Assembly: GCA_963774265.1 (NCBI GenBank)
Contig: CAVZDU010000005.1
Location: forward strand, 480,001-544,000
DNA length: 64,000 bases
Source of the DNA: an uncultured Chloroflexia bacterium
GTDB lineage: Bacteria; Chloroflexota; Anaerolineae; CG2-30-64-16
Reading direction: 5' to 3'
Below are positions 1 through 13,129 of this stretch, piece after piece. A program made the translations under genes and the position numbers. How positions within the stretch are numbered: the stretch's first letter is position 1; every line of letters starts with the position of its first letter. The notes beneath the pieces are model-generated. The model searched no databases. It saw nothing but the letters and a program-made list of their open reading frames with translations, and was not told the origin of the DNA.

Positions 1-1626
<1,626 letters not shown>

Positions 1627-1662
1627 TCAAACGACAAGAAAATGGCGCCTTATCCCGCAAGC

Positions 1663-3369
1663 TTAGCGATGAACAAGTTCGGCAATGAACACCTCATGGG
1701 GTGCGATGGTGAGCCTGTCGAGGATCAGCGTCTGGACGACGCGCGGCTGGTTAGAGAACAGCAGGCGCGGCCGCATATCACTGAGCTCCAAGGCGACCAC
1801 CTGCTCTTCAGGAGAGAAATTGAGGATCACCAGGCACGCCTGGCCCAGGCCTACGTCGCCGCGCATGAAGGCCAGATATGCTTCGCTTTGCGGGTGCAAT
1901 GCCTTGTAATCACCGGCGATCAATGCGGGGGACGTTCGGCGCAGACGGAGCAACCGCCGGTAGAAGGTGAGCAGCGATGTGGGATCGTTTGCCTGGCTGG
2001 CAACGTTGACCCCGGCCGCGTAGTTTGGATTCACCGGCAGCCAGGGCCTAACGCCAGGCGGACAAAAGCCGCCATTTGGCGCATCGCTCCACTGAAGCGG
2101 GCTGCGGCAGCGATCGCGCGTGCTTGCGATCGCCGCGGCCAGGGCCTGTTCTGGCGCAATCCCGAGCCTTTGGGTCATCGTGTGATACTGCTTGATGGCC
2201 ATGGTGTCCCGCAGCTGTCCCAGGTCAGCGAGTTCGAGATCGGTCATGCCGATCTCCTCGCCGTTGTAGAGGAAGGGCGTGCCCTTGAGCGTTAGCATCA
2301 ATGCCAGGTGCAGCCGCGCCAGGGCCGCGTCGCTGCTTGTCCCATCGCCCCACCGGCTCCAGACGCGCGAGGAATCGTGGTTGCTCAGGGTGTTGCACGG
2401 CCACGCGCCGGCAGGCAGCGCGGCGAGGCGCTCGGCCTGGTTGGCGTAAATGTGCGACGGTGTCAAGCGTTCAGCTCTTAGGAGCGGGAAATTGAAAACA
2501 AGGTGCAGCTCATCGTCACCGGCGCCGTGGAATGCGACGTCGTCGTCCTCTCCCACCAGCATCCGATCGCCGGGGTACCCGTGCACGAGCGCCCGCAACT
2601 CCTTCATGAGCTCGTGGATGCCCGGCTGCCGGATCTGGAACTGCATGAGTTGATCATAGTCTGCCATTGGGAGGGTATTGGCGTCGAAAAAATCGTCCGG
2701 TGACAGAGGTAGCGTATGGTCAGGCAGGTCAGGCTGTTCGTAGATCGTGGCAATGGCATCAAGCCGGAAGCCATCCACCCCCAAGTCGAGCCAGAAGCGC
2801 ACCACATCCCAGATGGCCTGCTTGACTTCCAGGTTGCGCCAGTTAAGGTCCGGCTGCTCCTGGAGAAAGGCGTGATAGTAGTATTGGTTCGTCTGGGGGT
2901 CGAGCTCCCAGGCCGATCCGCCGAAGATCGAGGCCCAGTTATTGGGTGGACCGTCCTTCCCATCGCGCCAGATATACCAATCCCGTTTCGGGTTGTTGCG
3001 GCTGGTGCGCGACTCCAGGAACCAGGGGTGCTGGTCGGAGGTGTGATTGAGGACCAGGTCCAGAATGACGCGAATACCCAGCTTGTGCGCCTCCTGAAGG
3101 AAGACGGTGAAGTCAGCCAGCGATCCATATTCCGGCCCGACGCTCATGTAGTCGGAGATGTCATAACCACAGTCCAGAAACGGTGATGGATGATGCGGCG
3201 ACAGCCAGATGGCATCGATGCCGAGATCGGCCAGGTAGCCTAATCTGGCGGTCATCCCTGGGAAATCCCCGATGCCGTCCCCGTTGCCGTCGGCGAAGCT
3301 GCGCGGATAGATCTGGTAGAAAACGGCCCGTTGCCACCATTTGAGGTCATGCATCTTCGCTGCTTTCAT
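1663..3369 (-). CDS. GH13 alpha-glucosidase
   Basis: [55 protein letters not shown] motifs. Confidence 0.93.
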   Translation of the reverse strand: MKAAKMHDLKWWQRAVFYQIYPRSFADGNGDGIGDFPGMTARLGYLADLGIDAIWLSPHHPSPFLDCGYDISDYMSVGPEYGSLADFTVFLQEAHKLGIRVILDLVLNHTSDQHPWFLESRTSRNNPKRDWYIWRDGKDGPPNNWASIFGGSAWELDPQTNQYYYHAFLQEQPDLNWRNLEVKQAIWDVVRFWLDLGVDGFRLDAIATIYEQPDLPDHTLPLSPDDFFDANTLPMADYDQLMQFQIRQPGIHELMKELRALVHGYPGDRMLVGEDDDVAFHGAGDDELHLVFNFPLLRAERLTPSHIYANQAERLAALPAGAWPCNTLSNHDSSRVWSRWGDGTSSDAALARLHLALMLTLKGTPFLYNGEEIGMTDLELADLGQLRDTMAIKQYHTMTQRLGIAPEQALAAAIASTRDRCRSPLQWSDAPNGGFCPPGVRPWLPVNPNYAAGVNVASQANDPTSLLTFYRRLLRLRRTSPALIAGDYKALHPQSEAYLAFMRGDVGLGQACLVILNFSPEEQVVALELSDMRPRLLFSNQPRVVQTLILDRLTIAPHEVFIAELVHR

Positions 3370-3383
3370 CTCTGTGGTGATTT

Positions 3384-4546
3384 TCAGGACAGGGGCCTCC
3401 CTTTGGAGCGTGCAACGATCTCCGCGCCATTAGTCGCGCGGCAAACATAGACGCGCGGCGACAGGCCGGTGCGAACAGTGTACTCGGCAGCCACGCTCTT
3501 GACGAACGCCGGAATACCCGCATCCTCCACCAGGGCCACCGCGCACCCGCCAAACCCGCCGCCGGTCATGCGTGCGCCGACGCACGCCGGGTGGGCCGCC
3601 GCGATCTCGACGAAGATATCCAATTCGCGGTTGGAGATCTGGAAATCGTCGCGCATGCTGACGTGGCTGGCGTCCAACAGCCGGCCCACTGCGTGGGCAT
3701 CGCCGGCCCGCATCGCATCGCACGCCTGCAACACCCGGTCGTTCTCAGTGACGACATGCCGGGCGCGGCGGTAGATCAGGGCTCGAGCTCGGATCTCGCC
3801 GCCTCGAGTTGCGCGGCGCTAACGTCACGCAGCGCCTTGACCCCAAAATGGCGGGCTGCGGTCTCGCACTGCGAACGGCGCTCGTTGTATGCCGAACCGA
3901 CCAGCCCGCGCCGCGTGGACGTATCCAGCACGACGACCGCAAAGCCCGCGGGCAGCGGGATGGGCGTTGTGTCCAGCGAACGGCAGTCGATGAGGAGCGC
4001 GTGTTCGGCCACGCCCGCGGCCGAGATCATCTGGTCCATGATGCCGGTGTTGACGCCCACCCACTTATTCTCGGCCAATTGACCGCTCAGCGCCATCGCT
4101 GGCGCATCCCAGGGCCAGCCGGCGACCGCCGCGAACGCGCGCGCCACAGCCATCTCCAGCGCGGCCGAGGAGGAGAGCCCCGCGCCCAGCGGCACATCAC
4201 CGGCCATCACGCCCTCCCAACCGACCGGCGTATAGCCGCGCTGCTGCAGCGCCCAGGCCACCCCACGCACGTAGTCAGCCCACGAGCCAGGCTTAGGAAC
4301 GAGGTCATCCAGGTGAAAGTCGTCCGTTTCCTGAAAATCCAACGCCTGGACGACAACCCGGCGGTCGGATCGCGGCCGCAATGCGATCCACGCGGCCCGG
4401 TCGATGGCCAGTGGCAGCACGAACCCGTCGTTGTAATCGGTGTGCTCGCCGATCAGGTTGACGCGACCGGGCGCGCGCACCAGGATGGCAGGTGGCTGAC
4501 GATGGCTGGCCTCAAAGACTTGGATGACTTTGACTTCTACGGGCAT
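3384..4546 (-). CDS. galK: galactokinase (frameshift ~3776)
   Basis: APGRVNLIGEHTDYNDG, GAGLSSSAA, GARMTGGGFGG motifs split over ORFs 3776-4579 and 3384-3734. Confidence 0.93.
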
Positions 4547-4612
4547 CGACGTTACCTCCACGCGCCCTGGGGCGGCCACAGAGCCCCCGCGGCGTCAGCC
4601 GCGGGGCCACCC

Positions 4613-5596
4613 CTACTGCGCTTCCTCGTATCCGTTCGGGTGCGTCAGGTGCCAACGCCAGGCGCTCTCGATGATGCGATCCAACTCAGGATGCTGTGGC
4701 TGCCAGCCAAGCACTTCCTGGATCCTGGCGCTGCCCGCAATCAGGATGGCCGGATCCCCGGGACGGCGCGGATGCACCACAGCCGGGATGGGATGGCCGG
4801 TGACGCGCCGCGCGGACTCGATCACCTCGCGCACGGAGTAGCCGGCGCCGTTGCCCAGGTTGAAGCGCATGAAGGGCCGCTCAGCCAGCCCGTCCAGCGC
4901 GAGAACGTGGGCCGTCGCCAGGTCCTCAATGTGGATGTAATCGCGCACGCAGGTGCCGTCAGGCGTGGGGTAGTCATCGCCGAAGATGGCGATCTCCTTC
5001 CGCTTGCCCAGCGCCACTTGCAGCACCAGGGGGATCAGATGCGTTTCGGGTCGGTGCGCCTCCCCGCGTGTGCCGGCCGCGCCCGCGGCATTGAAGTAGC
5101 GCAGGACGGCCACCCGTAGGCCGTGAATGCGGTGGTACCACTCCAGCGTTTGCTCCACCATGTACTTCGTGGCGCCGTAGACGCTGGCCGGCCCGACCGG
5201 GTCGGTCTCCAGGAGCGGGCTGTCCTTGCTGGCGTAGACGCCCGCGGTGGAAGAGAAGACGAAACGCCCCACGCCGTGAGCCACCGCCGCATCGACCAGG
5301 TTCAGGCTGCCGGTGACATTATTGCGAAAAAACCGGCCCGGCTCACGCATCGATTCACCCGCCTCGATGAAGGCGGCGAAGTGCAGGATGGCTTCGAAGC
5401 CTGCGCCAGCCAGAGTTGCGTCCAGGGCCGCGCGGTCGAGCGTGTTACCGTGCACGAACGTGGCGGCCGCAGGGATGGCCGCCAGGTGGCCGCTCGACAG
5501 GTTGTCGTAGATGGTGACGCTGTGGCCGGCCGCCAGCAATTGCTGCGCAACGGTGCTGCCGATGTAGCCCGCGCCGCCGCTGACGAGTATCTTCAT
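4613..5596 (-). CDS. galE: UDP-glucose 4-epimerase
   Basis: GGAGYIGS, YGATK, LRYFNAAGA, DGTCVRDYIH motifs. Confidence 0.95.
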   Translation of the reverse strand: MKILVSGGAGYIGSTVAQQLLAAGHSVTIYDNLSSGHLAAIPAAATFVHGNTLDRAALDATLAGAGFEAILHFAAFIEAGESMREPGRFFRNNVTGSLNLVDAAVAHGVGRFVFSSTAGVYASKDSPLLETDPVGPASVYGATKYMVEQTLEWYHRIHGLRVAVLRYFNAAGAAGTRGEAHRPETHLIPLVLQVALGKRKEIAIFGDDYPTPDGTCVRDYIHIEDLATAHVLALDGLAERPFMRFNLGNGAGYSVREVIESARRVTGHPIPAVVHPRRPGDPAILIAGSARIQEVLGWQPQHPELDRIIESAWRWHLTHPNGYEEAQ

Positions 5597-5607
5597 GGCG
5601 ACTCCCT

Positions 5608-6645
5608 TCATCGTTCCTTATAATGTACTTCCGGCATTTCCTGCAACCGCGCTGCTGCCTGCTCGGCGGTGATGTCACGCTGCGCCTCACCAAGCATCTC
5701 GAAACCGACCATGAACTTCTTCACCGTGGCCGAGCGCAGCAGCGGCGGGTAGAAGTGCGCGTGCAGCTGCCAGTGGCTCAAATCGCCATCCTGCCAGGGC
5801 GCACCGTGCCAGCCCATCGAATAGGGGAACGAGGTCTCGAAGACGTTGTCGTAGCGCGTCAGCAGGCGCTTGAGGACGTCCGCCAGCGCGTCACGCTGGG
5901 CGGCGTCCAGGTCAGGGAGGCGCAGCACGTGCTGCCGCGGCATCAGCAGGACCTCAAACGGCCAGACGGCCCAGTAGGGGACAACCGCGACCCAGGCATC
6001 GTTCGCCACCACCACGCGCTCCCCGCGGTCCAGCTCGGCCGCGAGATAATCCAGTAGCAGCGGCCGCCCGTGCTCGGCGGTGTAGCTCCGTTGCTGGCGA
6101 TCCTCCTTGGCCGGCTCATTGGGCAGCGCGTCCAGTGCCCAGATCTGGCCGTGGGGATGCGGGTTGGAGCAGCCCATCACCGCCCCCTTGTTCTCGAACA
6201 CTTGCACCCAACGGTACGTTTGACCCAGCTCCGCGGTCTGCGCCGCCCACACGTCGACCACCGTACGAATCTGCTCGACAGGCATCTCCGGCAGGGACAG
6301 GTCATGTCGCGGGGAGAAGCAGATCACCCGGCAGTCACCCGGGACCGGTGTGGCCCGAAAGAGCGGATCGTCACTGCCTGCAGCTGGTGCGTCAGGCACG
6401 AGCGCGGCGAAGTCGTTGGTGAAGACGAAGGTGCTCTCGTAGGCCGGGTTGCGTGCGCCCCCGGCGCGGCCGTTTCCGGGGCAGAGGTAACAGGTCGGAT
6501 CATGGTCCGGGCGCTGCTCGCCGGGCAGGCGCTCCACCTGGCCCTGCCAGGGCCGCTGGGTGCGGTGCGGCGACACCAGCACCCACTCGCCTGTCAACGG
6601 GTTGAAACGACGATGGACGTGTTTGGTGGGGACGAACGTTTCCAT
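5608..6645 (-). CDS. galT: galactose-1-phosphate uridylyltransferase
   Basis: [35 protein letters not shown] motifs. Confidence 0.95.
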   Translation of the reverse strand: METFVPTKHVHRRFNPLTGEWVLVSPHRTQRPWQGQVERLPGEQRPDHDPTCYLCPGNGRAGGARNPAYESTFVFTNDFAALVPDAPAAGSDDPLFRATPVPGDCRVICFSPRHDLSLPEMPVEQIRTVVDVWAAQTAELGQTYRWVQVFENKGAVMGCSNPHPHGQIWALDALPNEPAKEDRQQRSYTAEHGRPLLLDYLAAELDRGERVVVANDAWVAVVPYWAVWPFEVLLMPRQHVLRLPDLDAAQRDALADVLKRLLTRYDNVFETSFPYSMGWHGAPWQDGDLSHWQLHAHFYPPLLRSATVKKFMVGFEMLGEAQRDITAEQAAARLQEMPEVHYKER

Positions 6646-6649
6646 GGCT

Positions 6650-8899
6650 TCACACCTTCTGCAAATGGAGCGTGCGGCTGTAGCCGGTCCCACCCCAGGC
6701 GTCACCTGGGATGCCGGTCAGCATCAACTCGAACCCGCTGGCCCGGTAGACTTCAGTCCCGTGCCGATCAGTGACTGCGTAGATCGCGATCGGGTCAAGG
6801 CCAGCCAACGGCGCGGGCGGCCGCGTCCAGCCCAGTTGATAAGACATCACCACGACCGAGTAAACTGCTTCTCTGCGATCAGGGGAGACGTACTCGACAA
6901 TCGATGCGCCGTACTCCTCCAGCCGCTGCAGGCGATAGAGCTGGCCGCCCTGCACCACCGGGCGGATGCGCTTGTAGAACGCGATGTATCTGGCGTACTC
7001 GGCAGATTCGGCATCATCCAGCTCGTTGAGGTTGGAGCCGATGCCCAGGCCGCCGCGCATGGCCACGTCGAAACGCAGGCTCAGCGGGCTGACCACGCCG
7101 GTCTGGTGATTGCGCGCGTGAGTGACCCACGCTTCCATGGCCCGGCTGGGATAGACGAGGCTGCACCCCTCCTGGATGCGAATGCGGTCGTATGCGTCGG
7201 TATTGTCGCTGGTCCATACCTGGTCGGTGCGGGCCAGGATGCCCAGGTCCACCCTGCCGCCGCCGCTGGCGCAGCTTTCGATCTGCAGGCGGGGGAAATC
7301 GTGGCGCAGTCGGTCCATGATCGCGTAGACTCCCGCCGTGTGCGCGCGCCAGATGGCTTGGCCCGCGCTCGATCCCGGCTCGGTTGCATAACGGTTCATG
7401 TCCCACTTGAAAAAGTCGATGCCGTAGCGGGAAAGAAGTCGATGTAGAGCGTTGTAGATGTGCTCTACCACCTCAGGCCGGCCGAAATCCAGAATCAACT
7501 GATGGCGCCATTCGGTGCGCGGCCGGCCAGGGAAATGCAGCACCCAATCCGGATGGCTGCGGGAGAGATCCGAGTCCGGGTTGACCATCTCTGGCTCAAC
7601 CCATAGGCCGAACTGCATGCCCAGGCGATGCACCTCGTCGATCAACGGCTCGAAGCCCTCTGGAAAAACGTCGAGGCTGACGGTCCAGTCGCCCAGACCG
7701 GCGTGATCGTCGCGGCGGCCGCCGAACCAGCCATCGTCGACGCAGAACAACTCTACGCCCATAGCTGCGGCCTTGCGCGCCAGCGCCACCTGCCCCGCCA
7801 GGCTCAAATTGAAGTAGGTAGCCTCCCAGCTATTGTATAACACCGGGCGCAAGGCCGTCCCGCCCACGGGATTGGGCAGCACCCGCTCCATCGTGAAGGC
7901 GTGCAGCCGCCGGCTCGCGCCGCCCCAGCCGTCCGGGCAGGCGCCGATCACGATGGCCGGCGTGGTGTGACGCTCGCCGGGCGCCAGGGTCAGACCGAAG
8001 TCGAAGGGGTTGTAGCCTGCGTGGCAGCGCACATCGAGTGAGAACAACTGCTCGAACGCGATGCGCCACGCGCCGCTGTAGGCCAGCGCACCGAAATACA
8101 CCTCGCCGCTCTCTTCCCAGGCCTGGCCGGGCCGGTTGAGCAAGAAGAAGGGATTACTCTGATGCCCGGTTTGCACCGCACGTTGCTCAATAACCCGCAG
8201 GCCCATGGGTAGGCGCTCGCGGGCCGTCATGAACTCGCGGGCCCACCAGCCGGATACGGACGTCAGCTCAATCGTGCCATTGGGGAAATGCAGCGTGGCG
8301 AACGCAAGTGCCTCCACGGCCAGCGGCTCATGGCCGGTGTTGGCGACCACGCACCAGCGCTCGATGATGTCGTGCTCCGGCGTCAGCCGGTAGCACAACG
8401 TAACTTCGAACGGCTGCACCGGGTCTGCCAGACGCACGCGCAATGTCTCTCGCGGGGAGCTAACCCGCGTGGGTTGTCCGTGAGCTGGCGCCAGGCCGGG
8501 CCGGGAATCGGTCACGACATCGTATCCGACGTAGCGCAGCCGCACATCGCGCACCGGCAAATGTGGCGCGTCGCCGCGGACCATCTGGCTGGGCAGCGCC
8601 GGGAAACTGACCTTGAGCGACACTTCCTGGAGCGCGCTATCGGCGAAGGTGCTCAGTTCATAACGACGAATCACCGGAGGGTAATCGTGGTGCAAACCCT
8701 CAGGTACGTCCGGTCGGACAGGGGGCACCGAGTCAAAGCCGGGGCCGCTCAGCCCGGACATGTCAGGCGCGCCCGCGGACCGCGCGCCCCAGGCCAGGTG
8801 CAGCAGCCGGCCCTCGCCGTCGACGCGGAAGGCGTAGATACTGGTCGCGAGAACCAGGTTGAAGGTTTTCGTGGTTAGGTCGAAGTGGATCATTGTCAC
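6650..8899 (-). CDS. alpha-galactosidase (GH36)
   Basis: [47 protein letters not shown] motifs. Confidence 0.93.
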   Translation of the reverse strand: MTMIHFDLTTKTFNLVLATSIYAFRVDGEGRLLHLAWGARSAGAPDMSGLSGPGFDSVPPVRPDVPEGLHHDYPPVIRRYELSTFADSALQEVSLKVSFPALPSQMVRGDAPHLPVRDVRLRYVGYDVVTDSRPGLAPAHGQPTRVSSPRETLRVRLADPVQPFEVTLCYRLTPEHDIIERWCVVANTGHEPLAVEALAFATLHFPNGTIELTSVSGWWAREFMTARERLPMGLRVIEQRAVQTGHQSNPFFLLNRPGQAWEESGEVYFGALAYSGAWRIAFEQLFSLDVRCHAGYNPFDFGLTLAPGERHTTPAIVIGACPDGWGGASRRLHAFTMERVLPNPVGGTALRPVLYNSWEATYFNLSLAGQVALARKAAAMGVELFCVDDGWFGGRRDDHAGLGDWTVSLDVFPEGFEPLIDEVHRLGMQFGLWVEPEMVNPDSDLSRSHPDWVLHFPGRPRTEWRHQLILDFGRPEVVEHIYNALHRLLSRYGIDFFKWDMNRYATEPGSSAGQAIWRAHTAGVYAIMDRLRHDFPRLQIESCASGGGRVDLGILARTDQVWTSDNTDAYDRIRIQEGCSLVYPSRAMEAWVTHARNHQTGVVSPLSLRFDVAMRGGLGIGSNLNELDDAESAEYARYIAFYKRIRPVVQGGQLYRLQRLEEYGASIVEYVSPDRREAVYSVVVMSYQLGWTRPPAPLAGLDPIAIYAVTDRHGTEVYRASGFELMLTGIPGDAWGGTGYSRTLHLQKV

Positions 8900-9026
8900 G
8901 GTGTCCCCAAGAATGAATGATGTGCCGCAAGGGAGCTCGGGATGGCCGCTTCGACCACCGGGGATAATTGTTCGCCGCCTCAGTCTGAGGCGGCGAACAG
9001 TTCAGCAAGAGTCGATATCCGCGCGC

Positions 9027-10460
9027 TTACTTGAAGAGCACGTTGACTTCAGCGTTGGCGGCAGGCAGGGCATCAGCGGCCTTGACCTGGCCTAGCATGA
9101 TGCTCTGCATGACCGGTCTCATGATGCCCGAGATCTCGGACGCATGATCGGTGACCGGGAAGAGGAAGGTGCCGTCCTTCTCCAACGCTTGCGCGGTGAA
9201 GGCCGACACGTCCAGGTTTTTGGCGGCCTTGTAGGCGGCGACAGCCTTTTCGACGCCGGACTGCTGCGCCGGGAAGACGACGCCGGCATCACCCACCGTG
9301 TTGGCGCAGTCGGCCGAGGCCAGGTACTTCACCCACTGCCAGGCTTCTTCTGGATGCTTGGTGCCGATATAGATCGAGTCCGCCAGGCCGTTGAACATGC
9401 TCTTACGGCCTTCCGGTCCCTGGGGCAGGCGGGCGAAACCGAAGGGGAAGGTTGCGTTCTTGGCAAAGTCGCCGATCATCCACGAGCCGTTGGAGTGCAG
9501 CGCCCCCTTGCCGGCTTCGAAGGCCGCCGCGCCGCCCAGGCTGGTGACCAGCTCCAGCGGCATGATCTTGCCCGCAGCCATCATGTCCGCATACCATTGG
9601 ATGGTCTTGATGAAGCGCGGGTCGTCGTAGTGGTAGGCAGTGGCGTAGAGTTTATCGATATGCCGCCAGCCGGTGGTGTCGGTCAGCCAGCTCCATTCGG
9701 TCTGACCGTAGCCTTCGCCGGCGCCGTTGACGATCAGGCCATACTGCGCGACCTTGCTCTTGTCGAAGGCCGGGTCCAGGGCATTCTTGCCGTTCTCGTC
9801 CACCGTCAGCTTGGCGATCAGTTGGGCGAAGGTGCCGCCGTCGTCCGGGTTCCAGGTGGCGTTGCTGACATCGTCTACGGTGACGCCGGCTTTATCGAGC
9901 ATATCCTTGTTGTACACGATGGCGATCGTGTCCCAGTCCTTGGGCAGGCCGAAGCGCTTGCCGTCGCGAGCCCAAAGGTCGGCCAGGCCGCTCAGGTAGA
10001 CGCTCGTGTCCACCTTGTCGCGATCGATGAACGGCTGGATGTCGAGCAACTGGTTCTTGGCCGCGAATTCAGGATACTTGGCCAGGTGGTCGGTGAAGAC
10101 GTCGGGCGCGTTCCCGGCGATCATGCCGTTTTGGATGCCACTCCAATAGTCGTCCCAACCCTGCTGGGTGATGTTGATCTTGATGTTGGGGTTCTTGGCC
10201 ATGAAGTCGTCGGCGCACTTCTGGTAGGCTGGGAGCTGGTTAGCGTCCCACAGCCAATACGCCACGGGCACCGCTTCACCGCCGGCCGCCGGGGCTGCAG
10301 CCGCTGGGGCTGCGGTAGCTGCTGGCGCAGCCGCCGGAGCTTGGGTGGCTGCCGCCGCCGGGGCTTGAGTCGGAGCCGGCTGGGCGCCGCCACCGCAGGC
10401 GCCGAGCAACACGCTGATCACGGTCAAAAGGCTCACAAGTAGCAGAAGACGACGGTTCAT
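9027..10460 (-). CDS. sugar ABC transporter substrate-binding lipoprotein
   Basis: lipobox LLGAC, Ala/Pro linker, family-1 SBP sequence; adjacent permeases. Confidence 0.9.
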   Translation of the reverse strand: MNRRLLLLVSLLTVISVLLGACGGGAQPAPTQAPAAAATQAPAAAPAATAAPAAAAPAAGGEAVPVAYWLWDANQLPAYQKCADDFMAKNPNIKINITQQGWDDYWSGIQNGMIAGNAPDVFTDHLAKYPEFAAKNQLLDIQPFIDRDKVDTSVYLSGLADLWARDGKRFGLPKDWDTIAIVYNKDMLDKAGVTVDDVSNATWNPDDGGTFAQLIAKLTVDENGKNALDPAFDKSKVAQYGLIVNGAGEGYGQTEWSWLTDTTGWRHIDKLYATAYHYDDPRFIKTIQWYADMMAAGKIMPLELVTSLGGAAAFEAGKGALHSNGSWMIGDFAKNATFPFGFARLPQGPEGRKSMFNGLADSIYIGTKHPEEAWQWVKYLASADCANTVGDAGVVFPAQQSGVEKAVAAYKAAKNLDVSAFTAQALEKDGTFLFPVTDHASEISGIMRPVMQSIMLGQVKAADALPAANAEVNVLFK

Positions 10461-10668
10461 AGGTTTCTTATCCTCCTGGAACTGAATGGTTGGCCCGAGC
10501 GGGCCTGCTTCACAGAATTGTCTGGCTTTCAAAGAGTCGACTGTGGGTTAGTTCATTTACACCTCCGCACGGCTGTTTTGGTTGAATCGCTTCACGGCGA
10601 CGCATGGCATCTTGTGGGCTGGCAAGGTGGTGCGACGCGGCTCCTTGCATCGACCCCGCCTGATCGCA

Positions 10669-11580
10669 TTACTTGAAGCCGCTAAACTGGATCGAGTCCA
10701 GGATCTTACGCCCCACGACCATGAAGAGGATGAACGTCGGGATGATCGCCAGCGTCGTGCCGGCCATCAAGCCCGTCCAGTCAGGCGCGCCTTGAGGCGT
10801 CTGTGATCGGAAGACACCCAATGCGACCGTCAGCACACGGACGTTCTCCTTGTTGCCGATGATCAGGGGCCACATGTAGTTGTTCCACGAATTGATGAAG
10901 GTGATGACCGCCAGCGTCGTGATTGCCGGTATGGTCATCGGCAGCACGATCCGGAAGAACACCACCGGAACGTCGGCGCCGTCGATCAAGGACGCCTCTT
11001 CCACCTCCCGGTTGATGCCCAGGAAGAACTGGCGCAAGAAGAAAATCGCGAACGGCGTCATCAAGAATGTAGGCGCGACGATCCCGGCAAAGGTGTCGAG
11101 CCACCCCAGATTGCGCACCAGGATGAAGTTGGGGATGGTCATGACGATCCCAGGCACCATCAGCGCCGCGATGTAGATGGCGAAAATTTGATTGCGGAAG
11201 GGGAACTGCAGGCGCGCGAAGGCGTAGGCCGCCATGGCGCAGAAGGTTATCTGCCCCGCCACTATGAGCACCGAAACGATGATCGAGTTGCGCAGGGCCA
11301 GGAGGAAATTGATCGACTGCCCTGTTCCGCCCAGCGCCACGGCGGTCGCCACGTCGAGCGTGCCCAGCACACGTTGGAAGTTGATCAGGGTCGGCTGCAC
11401 CGGCAGGAGCGAGCTGGTGTTTTTGAAGATGGCCGTCGGAAAGGTAAACGCCGTGCGCAGCATCCAGTAGAAGGGAAACAGGGTGACAAACAGCAGCAGG
11501 CCGACACCGGCCCATGCCAAGATCCTGCCCCATGGGATAGGCCGGCGCGGTGTGTGAATGGTTTGAGCGGGTGCGGTCAT
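10669..11580 (-). CDS. carbohydrate ABC transporter permease (MalG-like)
   Basis: EAA loop EEASLIDGA, hydrophobic helices, FINSWNNYMWP. Confidence 0.92.
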   Translation of the reverse strand: MTAPAQTIHTPRRPIPWGRILAWAGVGLLLFVTLFPFYWMLRTAFTFPTAIFKNTSSLLPVQPTLINFQRVLGTLDVATAVALGGTGQSINFLLALRNSIIVSVLIVAGQITFCAMAAYAFARLQFPFRNQIFAIYIAALMVPGIVMTIPNFILVRNLGWLDTFAGIVAPTFLMTPFAIFFLRQFFLGINREVEEASLIDGADVPVVFFRIVLPMTIPAITTLAVITFINSWNNYMWPLIIGNKENVRVLTVALGVFRSQTPQGAPDWTGLMAGTTLAIIPTFILFMVVGRKILDSIQFSGFK

Positions 11581-11650
11581 GATGATTGCTCCTTTTTGCG
11601 CTCGGGTCTGCCGGCGCACACGAAATGGCGGGAAAGGCTGCCGCCTGCGA

Positions 11651-12577
11651 CTACACGTCGGACTCTCCGGCGCGCATCAGGCGCATCTGCATCAGGCTGA
11701 TGAAGATCAGGATCAGGAACAGCACCATGGAAATGGCCGTCGCGTAACCCATGTTGAAACGCGTGAATGCCTGCTCGTAAATGTACCAGTTGAACACCTT
11801 AGTCGCGTTCACCGGGCCGCCCTTGGTCGTGATGGCTATCGTATCGAAGATCTGGAAAGAACCGATGACGGAGGTGACGAGGACGAAGACCAGCACCGGG
11901 CGCAGCAGAGGCACCGTGACCTTCCAGAACATCTGCGTCTCCGAGGCGCCGTCGATGGAGGCGGCCTCGTATACCGAGTTGTCAATGGACTGGAGGCCGG
12001 CGAAGAGCAACAGCGCGGTATAGCCAACGTACTGCCAGATGTTGATCATCGCAATCGACGGCATCGCATACTTCGGAAGGTTCAGGAACGGGATCGTGCC
12101 CACCCCTATCGCGCGGAGCACCACGTTCACGATGCCGATGGTCGGATCCAGCAGCCACAACCAGAGCAGGCCGACGACCACACCCGGCATCAGCCATGGC
12201 AGGATGATCATAGCCCTGATGATGATGGACTTTGTTAAGCGGGACATCATCACCGCGATGACCATCGCCAGCACCGTTTGGATTGGGATGTTGAGTAAGA
12301 CGTAGTAGACCGTTACCTTGAGGGAGTTCCAGAAGTTCGGGTCCTGCAGAAGTCTGGCGTAGTTCGCCAGGCCAACGGACTTGGCCGGCGTCAGCAGATC
12401 CCAGTTGGTGAAGCTGATCAACACTCCGCGCACGGCCGGTATGGCATAGAAGACGGTAAAGCCAATCAGGCTGGGCAGGATGAACAGCAGCCCGAAGACG
12501 GTTTCGCGGGGTCGCCATCGTCGCTTGGGTTCCGCGCCTATCACGAGTTTCGGGATAGCGGTTGACTGAACGCTCAT
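11651..12577 (-). CDS. carbohydrate ABC transporter permease (MalF-like)
   Basis: YEAASIDGA EAA loop, IGSFQIFD. Confidence 0.92.
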   Translation of the reverse strand: MSVQSTAIPKLVIGAEPKRRWRPRETVFGLLFILPSLIGFTVFYAIPAVRGVLISFTNWDLLTPAKSVGLANYARLLQDPNFWNSLKVTVYYVLLNIPIQTVLAMVIAVMMSRLTKSIIIRAMIILPWLMPGVVVGLLWLWLLDPTIGIVNVVLRAIGVGTIPFLNLPKYAMPSIAMINIWQYVGYTALLLFAGLQSIDNSVYEAASIDGASETQMFWKVTVPLLRPVLVFVLVTSVIGSFQIFDTIAITTKGGPVNATKVFNWYIYEQAFTRFNMGYATAISMVLFLILIFISLMQMRLMRAGESDV

Positions 12578-12595
12578 ACTCTTCTCCTCTCTGAA

Positions 12596-12961
12596 CTAGC
12601 CTTGAAGGACTTTTTGCAGTGTGTCAAGCAAGGTCTGGGGCAGAACCGGTTTGACCAGGTATGCAGCGGCTCCCAGGTCCATGCCGCGCCTGCGTTCGTC
12701 CAAAGCGGTGCAAAAGACAATGGGCAACGGTGCGCCAGACCGCGTGTTCCGTATGCTTTCCATCAGGTGCCAGCCCTGGCCATCCGCCCACGCGGGTTCT
12801 AGCACGATGACATGAATATCGCCGGTGAGCAGGCGCTGCAACACCTCCTCTTCATGCTGGCAGGTCTGCACGAGATAATGGCTGCTGAGCTCTCGCCGGT
12901 AAAGCTCTCGAGTCACATCGTCCGCCTCGAGGAGTAGGAGCGCTGGCAAGGCGTTTGACAT
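12596..12961 (-). CDS. stand-alone atypical receiver (REC) domain protein
   Basis: REC fold with GAAAYLVKP; the phospho-acceptor position reads VIVLE instead of ..LD. Confidence 0.8.
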   Translation of the reverse strand: MSNALPALLLLEADDVTRELYRRELSSHYLVQTCQHEEEVLQRLLTGDIHVIVLEPAWADGQGWHLMESIRNTRSGAPLPIVFCTALDERRRGMDLGAAAYLVKPVLPQTLLDTLQKVLQG

Positions 12962-13129
12962 AGCCTGTCTTCATGGTTGAGCAGTGGTTTGCTAGCGCGT
13001 AATGGATGTTGTAATGATACAGAATCTGGCGGTGGCTGTCTTGTACAAGAGGGACGCATTTTTGGAGAATTGGGGACAGGGGCCGGCTCATCCTGTGGGC
13101 TGTGAGAATTGGGGGGTCCTCCCGGCCGG

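Noticed and set aside
9144-10442. 432-aa plus-strand ORF
   Set aside because: Antisense to the sugar-binding protein; no motifs.
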